DNA of 64,000 nucleotides from an uncultured Phycisphaerales bacterium (GTDB taxonomy: Bacteria > Planctomycetota > Phycisphaerae > Phycisphaerales > SM1A02). Every line of letters starts with the position of its first letter. Within the stretch, counting starts at the first letter, position 1. This document shows, piece after piece, positions 29,064 through 38,230 of the stretch. The notes beneath the pieces were generated by a model, which saw nothing but the letters and a program-made list of their open reading frames with translations, had not been told where the DNA came from and made no database searches. The stretch lies in NCBI GenBank assembly GCA_938084645.1, contig CALKEP010000052.1, positions 19,340-83,339 on the forward strand, given 5' to 3'. Both the position numbers and the translations under genes were made by a program.

Positions 29064-30467
29064 TCAGGGCGATGCTTCGTAGAGTCCCAGTTCCTCGATG
29101 ATCTCGAGCACCCCGTCCGGCAGGAGTGCCGAGACGTCCTCGCCCCTCGCGCGGCGGTTCCGGATCTCCGAGGAACTCACGCCTTCGGCCGCGAGGTCGA
29201 GTGTCCAGGTCGCCCACCGGCCGGCAAGCGCTGGATCGAAGTGATCCCGATATCTGGCCGCGAGCGTGGTGCGGGTCTCCGGGGGCCGCGGCATCACGAC
29301 CGGTGGTGCCAGGGCGATGATCTTCCGCCAATCCCGCCACCGATCGAAGTCGAGGGCCTGATCGCTGCCGATCAGAAGCCGGAGCCGGGGTCGCATCCGG
29401 AGCTCGAGACCGTCACGTTCCGAGGCCTCGACCAGTTCACGATGGATCGACTCCAGAGTCGCGAAGGTGAAGCTCGGGCCGTCGCGGTCGATCTCGCGCC
29501 GATCGATGCGGGCCTCGATCGGTGGATGCCCGGGAACCGATGTGCGACGGGCGAGGGCCGCTTCAAGCATTCTGACCCGGTCTTCGGGGTTCGCGGGAGG
29601 GGCGTCGACCTTGAGCGGGTTCACGCGGGCGGGAACGAACACCACTTCGTCGCAGCCGAGCCGGGCCGCGGCTTCGAAGGGAAGCGTGAGGTGTCCGCGG
29701 TGCGGTGGATCGAACGAGCCGCCGAACACGAGAATCGATCGCGGTCCCGTCCTTCGGCCGACCCGCTCCGGTCGCTGGCCGGAATCCGTGGTCGGGGCCG
29801 GTGGAACGGGGAGATCACGAAGCGCCGCGCCCAGCTCGAGCAACGCCGATCGGGACTGCCGGGCGAGATGTCGAAGGGTGCCGAGGAGCGCCGGCCGTCG
29901 AAAGACCTCGGCCGCGATCAGGCCCGGTCGAGATCGTCCGAGGTGATCGACGAATCGGTCGAGGGCCGCGGGAACCGCCTGATCGGCAGGATCTCCGACG
30001 ACGCGGACGATGCCCCAGTCCCAATCCCGCTCGCGGGCCAGTTCCGCGAAGTGAAGCGATTCGAGGTCGACGATGACGGCGCCGGTGGTGCGTCCCAGTG
30101 CGTGCTTGGCCTCGGCACTGGCGACGATCCGACCCGTGGTGGTCACGCGACCTCGTGTCGCATCGGCGATTCGAAGTCGCCGGCACACGGGTGGTTCGGT
30201 CACTCGTCCGTGGGGATCGACGACTTCGTCGACCACCACCAGATCACCCGAAGCGAGACGCGCATCGAGGCCGCCGGCGAGTCCCACGAGCACGATGGGG
30301 CCTTCGGGTTCGCCGTGCTGGTCGACCCAGCGACGGACGCCTTCCCGACCGGGGCCGCAGACATGGATTCGATCGGCGGGGACACCTGCCGACGCAAGGA
30401 CCTTCCGCTCGAACGCGAGCGGGGTCAGGAACGTCGTTCCGGTGGCCCGTCCGTCTGGCGTCGTCAT
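29064..30467 (-). CDS. nadD: Fusion of a PNP/MTA-nucleosidase-family (HpnG-like) domain and nicotinate-nucleotide adenylyltransferase
   Basis: N-terminal GLAGGLD..L..GDLVV, VDLES, RVVGD; C-terminal FGGSFDPPHRGH, LLIGSD, VSSSEIR. Confidence 0.88.
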   Translation of the reverse strand: MTTPDGRATGTTFLTPLAFERKVLASAGVPADRIHVCGPGREGVRRWVDQHGEPEGPIVLVGLAGGLDARLASGDLVVVDEVVDPHGRVTEPPVCRRLRIADATRGRVTTTGRIVASAEAKHALGRTTGAVIVDLESLHFAELARERDWDWGIVRVVGDPADQAVPAALDRFVDHLGRSRPGLIAAEVFRRPALLGTLRHLARQSRSALLELGAALRDLPVPPAPTTDSGQRPERVGRRTGPRSILVFGGSFDPPHRGHLTLPFEAAARLGCDEVVFVPARVNPLKVDAPPANPEDRVRMLEAALARRTSVPGHPPIEARIDRREIDRDGPSFTFATLESIHRELVEASERDGLELRMRPRLRLLIGSDQALDFDRWRDWRKIIALAPPVVMPRPPETRTTLAARYRDHFDPALAGRWATWTLDLAAEGVSSSEIRNRRARGEDVSALLPDGVLEIIEELGLYEASP

Positions 30468-30507
30468 GCCGCAAAGGCTAACCGCCCGAACGGGGTCTCG
30501 TCCGAAT

Positions 30508-30858
30508 TCAGTCGTACGGGTCGTAGGAGGGGACGTCGGCGAGTTGCGACGAGGGGGCCGGCACGTCGAACGCCGCGATCATCTCGTACTCGCTCTCGAA
30601 CTTGCCGACCAGGATTCCGGAGGCATCGAGGACCTCGTAGCCCGGCCCGTACGGCCCGGGAATCACCCGAATCGAGAGTTCCTGACCGACGAGGGTGCCG
30701 AGATCGGGGGGGCCGATCGGCGCCGCGAAGTCGCCGGCGGTGGTGGCATCCGGTCGAACGCCCCAGGCGACGAGGAAGCTGGTGGTGACGGCAGCGACCG
30801 CCACCATCGGGCGAAAGACCCGAGGGTCCGTGTACAGACGATGGAAGAACTTCAGCAT
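30508..30858 (-). CDS. Hypothetical protein with N-terminal TM/signal segment
   Basis: 116-aa ORF, typical codon usage. Confidence 0.7.
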   Translation of the reverse strand: MLKFFHRLYTDPRVFRPMVAVAAVTTSFLVAWGVRPDATTAGDFAAPIGPPDLGTLVGQELSIRVIPGPYGPGYEVLDASGILVGKFESEYEMIAAFDVPAPSSQLADVPSYDPYD

Positions 30859-30988
30859 GTCCGGAGACTCGGACGAGTCGACCGCTCGATTGAGTCGATC
30901 CTGCGGAGTCGGCCGAAAATGACCGCCGGTGGTCGATGGGATCCGGAGGCACGAAGTTATCCGACGTCGGTACGTGGCAACCTTCGGG

Positions 30989-31016
30989 TTGCCGTGGGCG
31001 AATTGCCCGCTACCAT
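30989..31016 (+). promoter_or_regulatory. Putative sigma70 promoter of tRNA-Glu
   Basis: TTGCCG-N16-TACCAT, 30 nt before the tRNA. Confidence 0.55.
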
Positions 31017-31046
31017 GCCTCCCGTCGCTTCGGCGACAGCTTGGCT

Positions 31047-31121
31047 GGCCCCATCGTCTAGTCAGGTCCAGGACACCAGGTTTTCATCCTGGGAACAGGG
31101 GTTCGAATCCCCTTGGGGTCA
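31047..31121 (+). tRNA. tRNA-Glu(TTC), CCA not encoded
   Basis: GGCCCCA...CCAGG-TT[TTC]AT-CCTGG...AGGGG-TTCGAAT-CCCCT-TGGGGTC-A cloverleaf. Confidence 0.96.
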
Positions 31122-31157
31122 CTTTCTAAGCCCTTGTTTTCAAGGGTTTAAAGAAAG
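31122..31157 (+). repeat. AT-rich inverted repeat immediately 3' of tRNA-Glu
   Basis: CTTTCTAAGCCCTTG-TTTT-CAAGGGTTTAAAGAAAG. Confidence 0.7.
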
Positions 31158-31954
31158 CAAGAGTGCACGAGGCAGGTCGTGAGACCGTGTCTCGAACTGG
31201 ACCAGGAATCGCCTCCCTGCAAAGGGGGGCGATTTCATTTTCCAACACGCCCGTGATCCGGGAATTCCGACCCGCGTCGTGGTTCGGTTTCGACGCTCGC
31301 GACCTCGCTGAGCCAACCGTGCTTCCGCATCGGCCCTGAATCGTCCGCCGGGTCCTCCAGCGGCGTGCGTGATCGGCGAAGGTGGCCGCGAGACGACCTC
31401 ACGTCGCCCACCGCGAAGCCGCCCCGTGCTCTGGTCGCCCCGGACCGAGCCTTGACCGGAGAGGTGACCGCACGCGGCGCGAACCACGCGTGCATCTCGG
31501 TGAAGAAAAGGCTCGTGAACATCACGTCCAGCGCGAGGCGCAGCACCGACACGAGGCGCAACACGCCCGGGTCCGACGCGGATTCTCGAGCATCACCTCG
31601 TCTCGTGGAACTTCGGATTCGGTCGAGCGCTCATCACGGCGTGCTCGATTGCTCGTGGATGGCGGCGTGACGGGGATCTGGGATGTCCTGAACGGCAACC
31701 GTGGTGCAGGGTTGTCGGCAGAGGAATGCACGCGTTTCCGGAGGGGAACATCGCTGGGATCGGACGGTGTCCGGTTCGCCCGGGCTGCTCACGATCCCGG
31801 AGCCGGACGCGAACGATCGTGATGTCGTCCTCGTATCGTGGTATTCCTGTGCCTTGCGAATCGGGGCGGTGGAACCACCGGCATTCACCGCCGGTTGCTC
31901 ACGGTCGAAGGCGGGAGAGCGCTCGCCGGGCCGCAACACTGGAGCTGTGTCCAA

Positions 31955-32776
31955 ATGTCGAATTCAACGTGCTGGTCGTTCTGCTGGATGTCGCTGGTCC
32001 TTGCCACCGTCTGCCCGAGCATCGGCTGCCAGCAGGTGTCGGGCACCGACCGCCGTCAGTTGAACACCTACTCCGTCGCCGATGAGATCACGCTGGGAGA
32101 CGCGGCGTTCGAGGAGATGCTCGCATCGGCGCGACTCATCACGTCCGGTGCGGAGTTCGAGCAGGTTCAACGGGTCTCGGCGCGGATCGCCGCCGCCGCC
32201 GTGCGGCTGCATCCCGAGGTGGCCGATCGGTTCGAGTGGGAAGTGGTCCTGATCGACGATGACGACGTGGTCAACGCCTGGGCGCTTCCCGGCGGGAAGA
32301 TGGCGGTCTACACCGGCATGCTCCCGTACACCCGGACCGAGGATGGTCTCGCCGCGGTGATGGGGCACGAGGCCGCCCATGCGATCGCCCGGCACGGGGG
32401 TGAGAACATGACCCGCCAGGCCCTCGCCGGTCTCGTCGCGATGGGCGCCGCCCTCGCGGTCGACCCGGAGGACCGCGAGCTGGTCGCGCTGGCGGCGGGC
32501 GCGTACGGCCTGCTCGGCGAACCCGCATTCAGTCGAGCTCAGGAATCCGAGGCCGATGAACTGGGACTCTTCCTGGCCGCGGACGCCGGATACGACCCTC
32601 GGGAGGCGGTCCTGCTCTGGCAGCGGATGGGGGAACGAGGAGGCGAACCACTCGAATTCCTCTCGACCCATCCGAACAGCGAGACCCGGGTCCGGCGGCT
32701 CGAAGCGCTGATGCCGCTGGCCGACGAGATTCGTCGTCGACGGCGTTTCGAATCGGTGGACTCGAGCCCGCCGTGA
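31955..32776 (+). CDS. M48-family (Oma1/YfgC/LoiP-like) metallopeptidase lipoprotein
   Basis: VNAWALPGGK, GHEAAH, FSRAQESEAD, FLSTHP. Confidence 0.93.
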   Translation: MSNSTCWSFCWMSLVLATVCPSIGCQQVSGTDRRQLNTYSVADEITLGDAAFEEMLASARLITSGAEFEQVQRVSARIAAAAVRLHPEVADRFEWEVVLIDDDDVVNAWALPGGKMAVYTGMLPYTRTEDGLAAVMGHEAAHAIARHGGENMTRQALAGLVAMGAALAVDPEDRELVALAAGAYGLLGEPAFSRAQESEADELGLFLAADAGYDPREAVLLWQRMGERGGEPLEFLSTHPNSETRVRRLEALMPLADEIRRRRRFESVDSSPP

Positions 32777-32850
32777 GACGGGTCGGCCCGCTCGGGCGGC
32801 GGGGTGATTTCCGCCGCCTCTCGGCGCATTCCCGGCCATGAGGCGTCACA

Positions 32851-34821
32851 ATGGGGCGGACCCGGGTCCGGTGGGGTTCGTCATGGTGGCGGATTCGATC
32901 GGCAGGCCTTTCAAGGAGCTCAACCGTGGCAACGAAGTCGTCATACACGCCCGTGACGCTCCCGAACCCCGGTCGAAATCGGTGGCAGCGTGTCCTCTTC
33001 GAAGCCTTGCGGCCGGCGATCGACATGGGGCTGGGCCTCCGCAAGCTCAACGAGATCTATCGGGACGAGGTCCTGACGACGGACGAATCGCTGCCACCCG
33101 GCGAGCGTTTCCTCCGGGGCTTCAATGCCGGCTACCTCACCGGCGACGAGGAACTGGCTCGCATCCCGAAGACCGGTCCCCTGGTGGTCGTCGCCAACCA
33201 CGCCTTCGGCGGGTTGGACGCGATGATCCTCGACGACCTCGTCGCCAAGGTCCGGCCGGACGTTCGCTTCATCGCGAACTCGATCCTGGCCGAGGTCCCG
33301 GCGATCGGTCCCCGCATCTTTCCCGTCGATCCCTTCGGGGGTCGTGACGCCGCCCGACGGAACGCCGGCTCGCTCCGGCGCGCCAAGGCGTGGATCGCGG
33401 ACGGGGGAAGTCTCGCGGTGTTCCCCGCGGGCGAGGTGGCGCACTCGACGTGGAAGCGTCTCGCCGTCACCGATCCGCCGTGGAACCCGATCATCGCGCG
33501 GTTGATCAAGTCGACCGGGGCGACCGTGGTGCCCGTCTTCTTCGAAGGCCGGAATTCGCTGCTCTTCCAGGCGGCGGGACTGATCCACTCGCATCTGCGT
33601 TCGGTGCTGCTGGGTCGGGAGCTGCTTCGCATTCGCGGCCGACGCACCCGCGTCGCGATCGGCACGCCCTTGCGGGTCGATGAATTGGATCGCTTCGCGG
33701 CCCCGGAGGATCTCATCGAGTTCCTGCGGCTTCGCACCTTCGTGCTTCGGTCGCGTCTCGAACGCGAGTCGTCGGAGGAGAGCCGCCGTCTCCATTCGAT
33801 CGTGCGATCGATCCCGCTGCGGTCGAGGAAGCCGGAGCCGGTCCGCATGGAGCCGGTCGCGACCACGCCGACGCACGATCCCGATCAACTCGCGTCGGAG
33901 ATCCTCGCGCTCCCGCCGGAACAGATCCTGGTCAAGCGTGGCGATCAGCGGGTCGTCTACGCGGAAGCCGATCAGATTCCGATGGTCCTCAAGGAGATCG
34001 GACGGCTGCGTGAGTTGAGTTTCCGAGCGGTCGGCGAAGGCACGGGACGATCGATCGATCTCGACGACTACGATCCGAGCTACCTGCATCTGATCCTCTG
34101 GGACGAACGGACCTCCTCGGTCATCGGGTCCTATCGCCTCGGTCGGACCGACCAGATCATCGATTGTCACGGGATCGACGGGCTCTACACCCGGACGCTC
34201 TTCGACTACGACGAGTCGTTGATTCGCGAGCTCGGGCCCTCGCTCGAGATGGGGCGTTCCTTCGTCCATCCGGACCACCAGCGGCGGGTCGAGCCGTTGA
34301 TGCTGCTCTGGAAGGGGATCGCCCGGTACTCCGGACGATTTCCGAAGTACCGACGCCTCTTCGGTCCGGTCTCGATCAGTGCGGAGTACCACGCGACGTC
34401 GACCAGGCTCCTGCTCTCGTTCCTGAAGGCCACCAAGCGGATCTCCCGGCTCGAGGGTCTGGTTCGTCCGAGGAATCCGGTCAACATCGACCAGCCCCGG
34501 GACTGGGACCCCTCGTCGTTGCGGTCGGTCCGCAAGCTCAACGACATCGACGAACTGGTCAAGGAGATCGAGCAGGGTGAACGGTCGGTTCCGGTGCTGG
34601 TCCGACAGTACCTGAAGCTCAACGCGGTCTTCCTCGGCTTCAACGTCGATCCCGAGTTCAGCAACGTGGTCGACGGCCTGGTGCTGGTCGACCTCTTCCG
34701 GATGAATCCGAGGCTCCTGCGGTTCTACATGGGTGAGGATCTCGTGGACGACTTCGTGGCCCTCCACTCGACGAGGGTCGGCGTCGAGGAGCCGGCGCAC
34801 ACGCTGGAGCCGATCGTCTGA
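32851..34821 (+). CDS. Bifunctional lysophospholipid acyltransferase + GNAT N-acyltransferase (OlsF-like ornithine-lipid synthase)
   Basis: VVANHAFGGLD and FPAGEV (PlsC-like); EIGRLRELSFRAVGEG, LEMGRSFV, GFNVDPEF (OlsB-like). Start uncertain (possibly GTG 32953). Confidence 0.85.
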   Translation: MGRTRVRWGSSWWRIRSAGLSRSSTVATKSSYTPVTLPNPGRNRWQRVLFEALRPAIDMGLGLRKLNEIYRDEVLTTDESLPPGERFLRGFNAGYLTGDEELARIPKTGPLVVVANHAFGGLDAMILDDLVAKVRPDVRFIANSILAEVPAIGPRIFPVDPFGGRDAARRNAGSLRRAKAWIADGGSLAVFPAGEVAHSTWKRLAVTDPPWNPIIARLIKSTGATVVPVFFEGRNSLLFQAAGLIHSHLRSVLLGRELLRIRGRRTRVAIGTPLRVDELDRFAAPEDLIEFLRLRTFVLRSRLERESSEESRRLHSIVRSIPLRSRKPEPVRMEPVATTPTHDPDQLASEILALPPEQILVKRGDQRVVYAEADQIPMVLKEIGRLRELSFRAVGEGTGRSIDLDDYDPSYLHLILWDERTSSVIGSYRLGRTDQIIDCHGIDGLYTRTLFDYDESLIRELGPSLEMGRSFVHPDHQRRVEPLMLLWKGIARYSGRFPKYRRLFGPVSISAEYHATSTRLLLSFLKATKRISRLEGLVRPRNPVNIDQPRDWDPSSLRSVRKLNDIDELVKEIEQGERSVPVLVRQYLKLNAVFLGFNVDPEFSNVVDGLVLVDLFRMNPRLLRFYMGEDLVDDFVALHSTRVGVEEPAHTLEPIV

Positions 34822-34889
34822 ATCCCGAGCCGTCCTCGCTCGCGAAGGCTCGTCGGTCGCTCGCTCGAGCGCTCCGCGACGCCCGCTGC

Positions 34890-36692
34890 GTGATGCTCGT
34901 GATCGCCGCGCTGCCGGCGGTCTGGTCCGGGACGGCCGCGGCCCAGACTTCGATCGTCGGGTCCGCGGAGATGACCCGCTACGAGTCGATCGCCGATCTT
35001 CGGCTTCGCCCCGTGATCGACTTGGTGTGGTCGGTCGATGCCCCGGCTCCCGGTCTCGTCGAGCGATCGGGACGACTCTTGCAGGTGACGCCGATCCGCG
35101 GTGAGGACGGGACGCCGCTCGAGGAGTGGGTGATCGAGCAGGGGGACGGCACGATCATCGTGGTGGCGACGCGCGAGGGTGACACGGTTCCGGGGCTTCG
35201 GACCTCGGTTCGCGTACGGGGGCGGTTCGAAGGGGAGATCGAGACCCGCGCCCGGGACGGCGTCGTCCGTCGGTGGCCCCTGTTCGTCGCCCGCCCCGTC
35301 GAGATGACGCCGAGCACCGGGGAATCGAACGTCTGGCTCGCGGCCGTGATCGCGATCCTCGCGTTCGGGGTGGTGCTTCTTCGTCGTCGGATCCGGCGCG
35401 GCGTGCCGGTCCCGATCGGGTCCGGACCCGCGTCGAGATTCGATTCGAGGACGGGTTCGGGAGTCGGGACCACGCCCGAGCCGATGAGCCTCCCGTCGGA
35501 TCCCGTCGACGCCCTCGAGGTGCTGGCGGCTGGACGCCATCCTTCGGAGTCTTCTTCCATGCATCGTCGTCGACTGGAGTTCGAGCACGCGTCGACCACC
35601 GTCCTGGTGGGCCGAGGCCTGCTTCCCCGCGCCGGCGACCTGATCACCGGGGCGATTGGTCGCGAGACCGACATCCGCGCATTCGTCGGTGTGGATCCGG
35701 GGCCGGGAGGCGTGGTCGAAGCGACGCACCTGCCTTCGTTGATCGGGGGGCTCGAGGGGGTTGGAGACGTGGTGACGTCGACCGTGGAGGTGTCCGAGCC
35801 CGCGAAGTCGATGCCGGGCGTCGAAGCGCTCTGGGACCGAATGCTCGAGGCGGGGGTCGATCGCCGGTCGGTGGTCGTGGCGTTGGGCGGCGGAATCGCG
35901 TGCGACGTCGTGGGATTCGCGGCGAGTGGCTGGATGCGAGGCGTCGATCTCGTCCTCTGCCCGACGACGCTGCTCGGCATGGTCGATGCCGCGATCGGCG
36001 GGAAGACCGGGGTGAATCGACGACTTCCAAGCGGGGGCCTCGGCAAGAACCTCGTGGGCGCCTTCTGGCCCGCCCGACTCGTCATCTGCGACTGTGACGT
36101 GCTTCGAACCCTCGGTGATCGCGAGTTCCGGTCGGGGCTCGCGGAATGCGTCAAGCACGCCATCATCGACGGCCCCGACGCCCTGTCATCGCTCGAACGG
36201 GAGCTTCCGGGCGTGCTCGAGCGAGATCCGGACGTCCTGGCCCGGTTCATCGACCGATCCGCGGGCGTGAAGATCGGCATCGTCGAGCGGGACCCGCGTG
36301 AGGCCGGCGATCGAGCATTCCTCAACCTCGGGCACACCTACGCTCACGCCCTCGAGAGTCGGACCGAACTGGGGCTCGCGCATGGCGAAGCGGTGGCGAT
36401 CGGACTCGTCGCGGCCTGTCGTGCCGCGGTCGCCGCGGGGCTGCAGTCCGGCTCCGCGATGGAGGATCGGATTCGAGCCCTTCTCGCTGAAGCCGGGCTT
36501 CCCACGGCGGTTCGGGGGATCGGGGCGGCCGACCTCGATGGCCTCACGGCGGCGATGCGGGTCGACAAGAAGGCGAGTCACGGTCGAATCCGCCTGGTCC
36601 TCCCCCGCGACATCGGCGATGTGGTGGTGGTGGACGATCCAGGCGACTCGGTCGTCCGGGCCGGCTGGGCCGCGGTGATCGACCCGGGGTGA
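34890..36692 (+). CDS. aroB: 3-dehydroquinate synthase (from ~35559) in frame with a ~220-aa exported/TM N-terminal domain
   Basis: ALGGGIACDVVGF, PTTLLGMVDAAIGGKTGVN, KNLVGAFW, LNLGHT, HGEAVAIG, DKK. Confidence 0.9.
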   Translation: MMLVIAALPAVWSGTAAAQTSIVGSAEMTRYESIADLRLRPVIDLVWSVDAPAPGLVERSGRLLQVTPIRGEDGTPLEEWVIEQGDGTIIVVATREGDTVPGLRTSVRVRGRFEGEIETRARDGVVRRWPLFVARPVEMTPSTGESNVWLAAVIAILAFGVVLLRRRIRRGVPVPIGSGPASRFDSRTGSGVGTTPEPMSLPSDPVDALEVLAAGRHPSESSSMHRRRLEFEHASTTVLVGRGLLPRAGDLITGAIGRETDIRAFVGVDPGPGGVVEATHLPSLIGGLEGVGDVVTSTVEVSEPAKSMPGVEALWDRMLEAGVDRRSVVVALGGGIACDVVGFAASGWMRGVDLVLCPTTLLGMVDAAIGGKTGVNRRLPSGGLGKNLVGAFWPARLVICDCDVLRTLGDREFRSGLAECVKHAIIDGPDALSSLERELPGVLERDPDVLARFIDRSAGVKIGIVERDPREAGDRAFLNLGHTYAHALESRTELGLAHGEAVAIGLVAACRAAVAAGLQSGSAMEDRIRALLAEAGLPTAVRGIGAADLDGLTAAMRVDKKASHGRIRLVLPRDIGDVVVVDDPGDSVVRAGWAAVIDPG

Positions 36693-36843
36693 TGGGGGCC
36701 GGGGGCTCGACCGAGCGGCCGCTCGTCCTCAAGTTTGGAGCAGGATCCGCCGCACGGCCGATCTCTTCGAAGTCCGGGCGGGGCTGCTCACCGTGAAGCA
36801 CCACGCCGCTTCGGCCCAGAACCCCCGCGAGTACCGGTTCCCC

Positions 36844-38175
36844 ATGCGGATCATCTCGATCGTCAACCAGAAGGGCGGCTGTGGCAAGACCACGACCGCC
36901 GTCAATCTCGCCGCCGTACTCGCTTCCCTGGGGCGTCGGGTCATGCTCGTGGATCTCGATCCTCAGGGGCACTGTGCGGCCGCGTTGGGGGTCCCGGACG
37001 AGGAGATCGAGTACAGCACCATCGATCTTCTGCTCGATCCTCCCGGACATCCGCTCGCACCGACGCAGGTCGCCGGCATGACCTGGGAGGTCGCCTATGG
37101 CCTGCGACTGCTTCCAAGCACCGTTCGCCTCGCGCGGGCGGAGGCACCGGGTGGTGGTCTCATGCAGGCAGGCGATCGCGATCGGCGGTTGCAGCGGGGG
37201 CTCGAAGCGTTCGCGGACACGATGGACTACTGCCTGATCGACTGCCCGCCGACCATCGGCATGCTGACCTTCAACGCGCTTCGGGCGGCCGACGAGGTCG
37301 TCGTGCCCGTCGAGACCGGATTCCTCGCGACCCGAGGCGCCCACCGCCAGTGGACGACCCTGCGGGCGATGGCGGCGCGGATCGGTCGACCGATGCGGGC
37401 CAGACTCGTCCCGAATCTCCTTCACACCGAGCGAACCCTCGATCAGGACCTGCTGGACGCGCTGCGAGAGCGATTCGGCTCGGGTGTGTCACCCCATCCG
37501 ATCCGCGATCACATCGAGATCCGGGAGGCGACCGCGTTCGGCCGGGCGGTGATCGAGCACGCGCCGGACTCCGAGGCCAGCGGCGACTACCAGCGGCTCG
37601 CGGCATGGATCGAGACCGAATCCGCCGCGGTCATCGAGCCGCCCGAGGCGGAGACCGACGTCCCGACGATCGACGAGGAACGCACCGCCGGCACATCGGG
37701 GCCGCCCGCGTTCGGCGAAGAGTCCGGGGTCCGCGAGGTCGAGATCTCGGGCCGGGCGGCGGAACTCGTCGGTCGTCTTCGGCCCGGGGCCAACACCCGG
37801 TCCGCGGAAACGCCTCGCCCGGATGGAAACCGGGTGCGGATCGTCCAGCCCGCGATGCTGGGTGCGCAGATCGCGGTGACCGGCGACTTCAACCAGTGGC
37901 ACGACGCGGGGCTTCCATTGCGCCCGATCGAAGGTCATCCCGACGGTGATCGCTGGGTCGGGATCGAACTTCCGGTCACGGGCTCGGTCCGCTACCGACT
38001 CGTGGTGGACGGTCGCACGATGCTCGATCCTGCGAACCCGCACGTGGCCGAAGGTCCCGACGGCCGGCCCGCGAGCGTGCTGATGGTCCAGTCCGCGAAC
38101 TCCGGGGCGCCGACCGCGTCGCCCGCCTTCGTGGACCTCGGCACCGTCGGAGACGGTGGTACTCTCTCGACCTGA
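36844..38175 (+). CDS. ParA/Soj-family ATPase with C-terminal CBM48/AMPK-type glycogen-binding domain
   Basis: NQKGGCGKTTT, DLDPQG, IDCPP; C-terminal IAVTGDFNQW...YRLVVDG...DPANP. Confidence 0.88.
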   Translation: MRIISIVNQKGGCGKTTTAVNLAAVLASLGRRVMLVDLDPQGHCAAALGVPDEEIEYSTIDLLLDPPGHPLAPTQVAGMTWEVAYGLRLLPSTVRLARAEAPGGGLMQAGDRDRRLQRGLEAFADTMDYCLIDCPPTIGMLTFNALRAADEVVVPVETGFLATRGAHRQWTTLRAMAARIGRPMRARLVPNLLHTERTLDQDLLDALRERFGSGVSPHPIRDHIEIREATAFGRAVIEHAPDSEASGDYQRLAAWIETESAAVIEPPEAETDVPTIDEERTAGTSGPPAFGEESGVREVEISGRAAELVGRLRPGANTRSAETPRPDGNRVRIVQPAMLGAQIAVTGDFNQWHDAGLPLRPIEGHPDGDRWVGIELPVTGSVRYRLVVDGRTMLDPANPHVAEGPDGRPASVLMVQSANSGAPTASPAFVDLGTVGDGGTLST

Positions 38176-38230
38176 CATCGATCCCGACGTCTTCCGGCGT
38201 CGTTCGATCGGAAATCCCGGAGCGTGAAGC

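Noticed and set aside
31235..31564. 109-aa minus-strand ORF after tRNA-Glu as an integrase remnant
   Set aside because: No tyrosine- or serine-recombinase motif visible.
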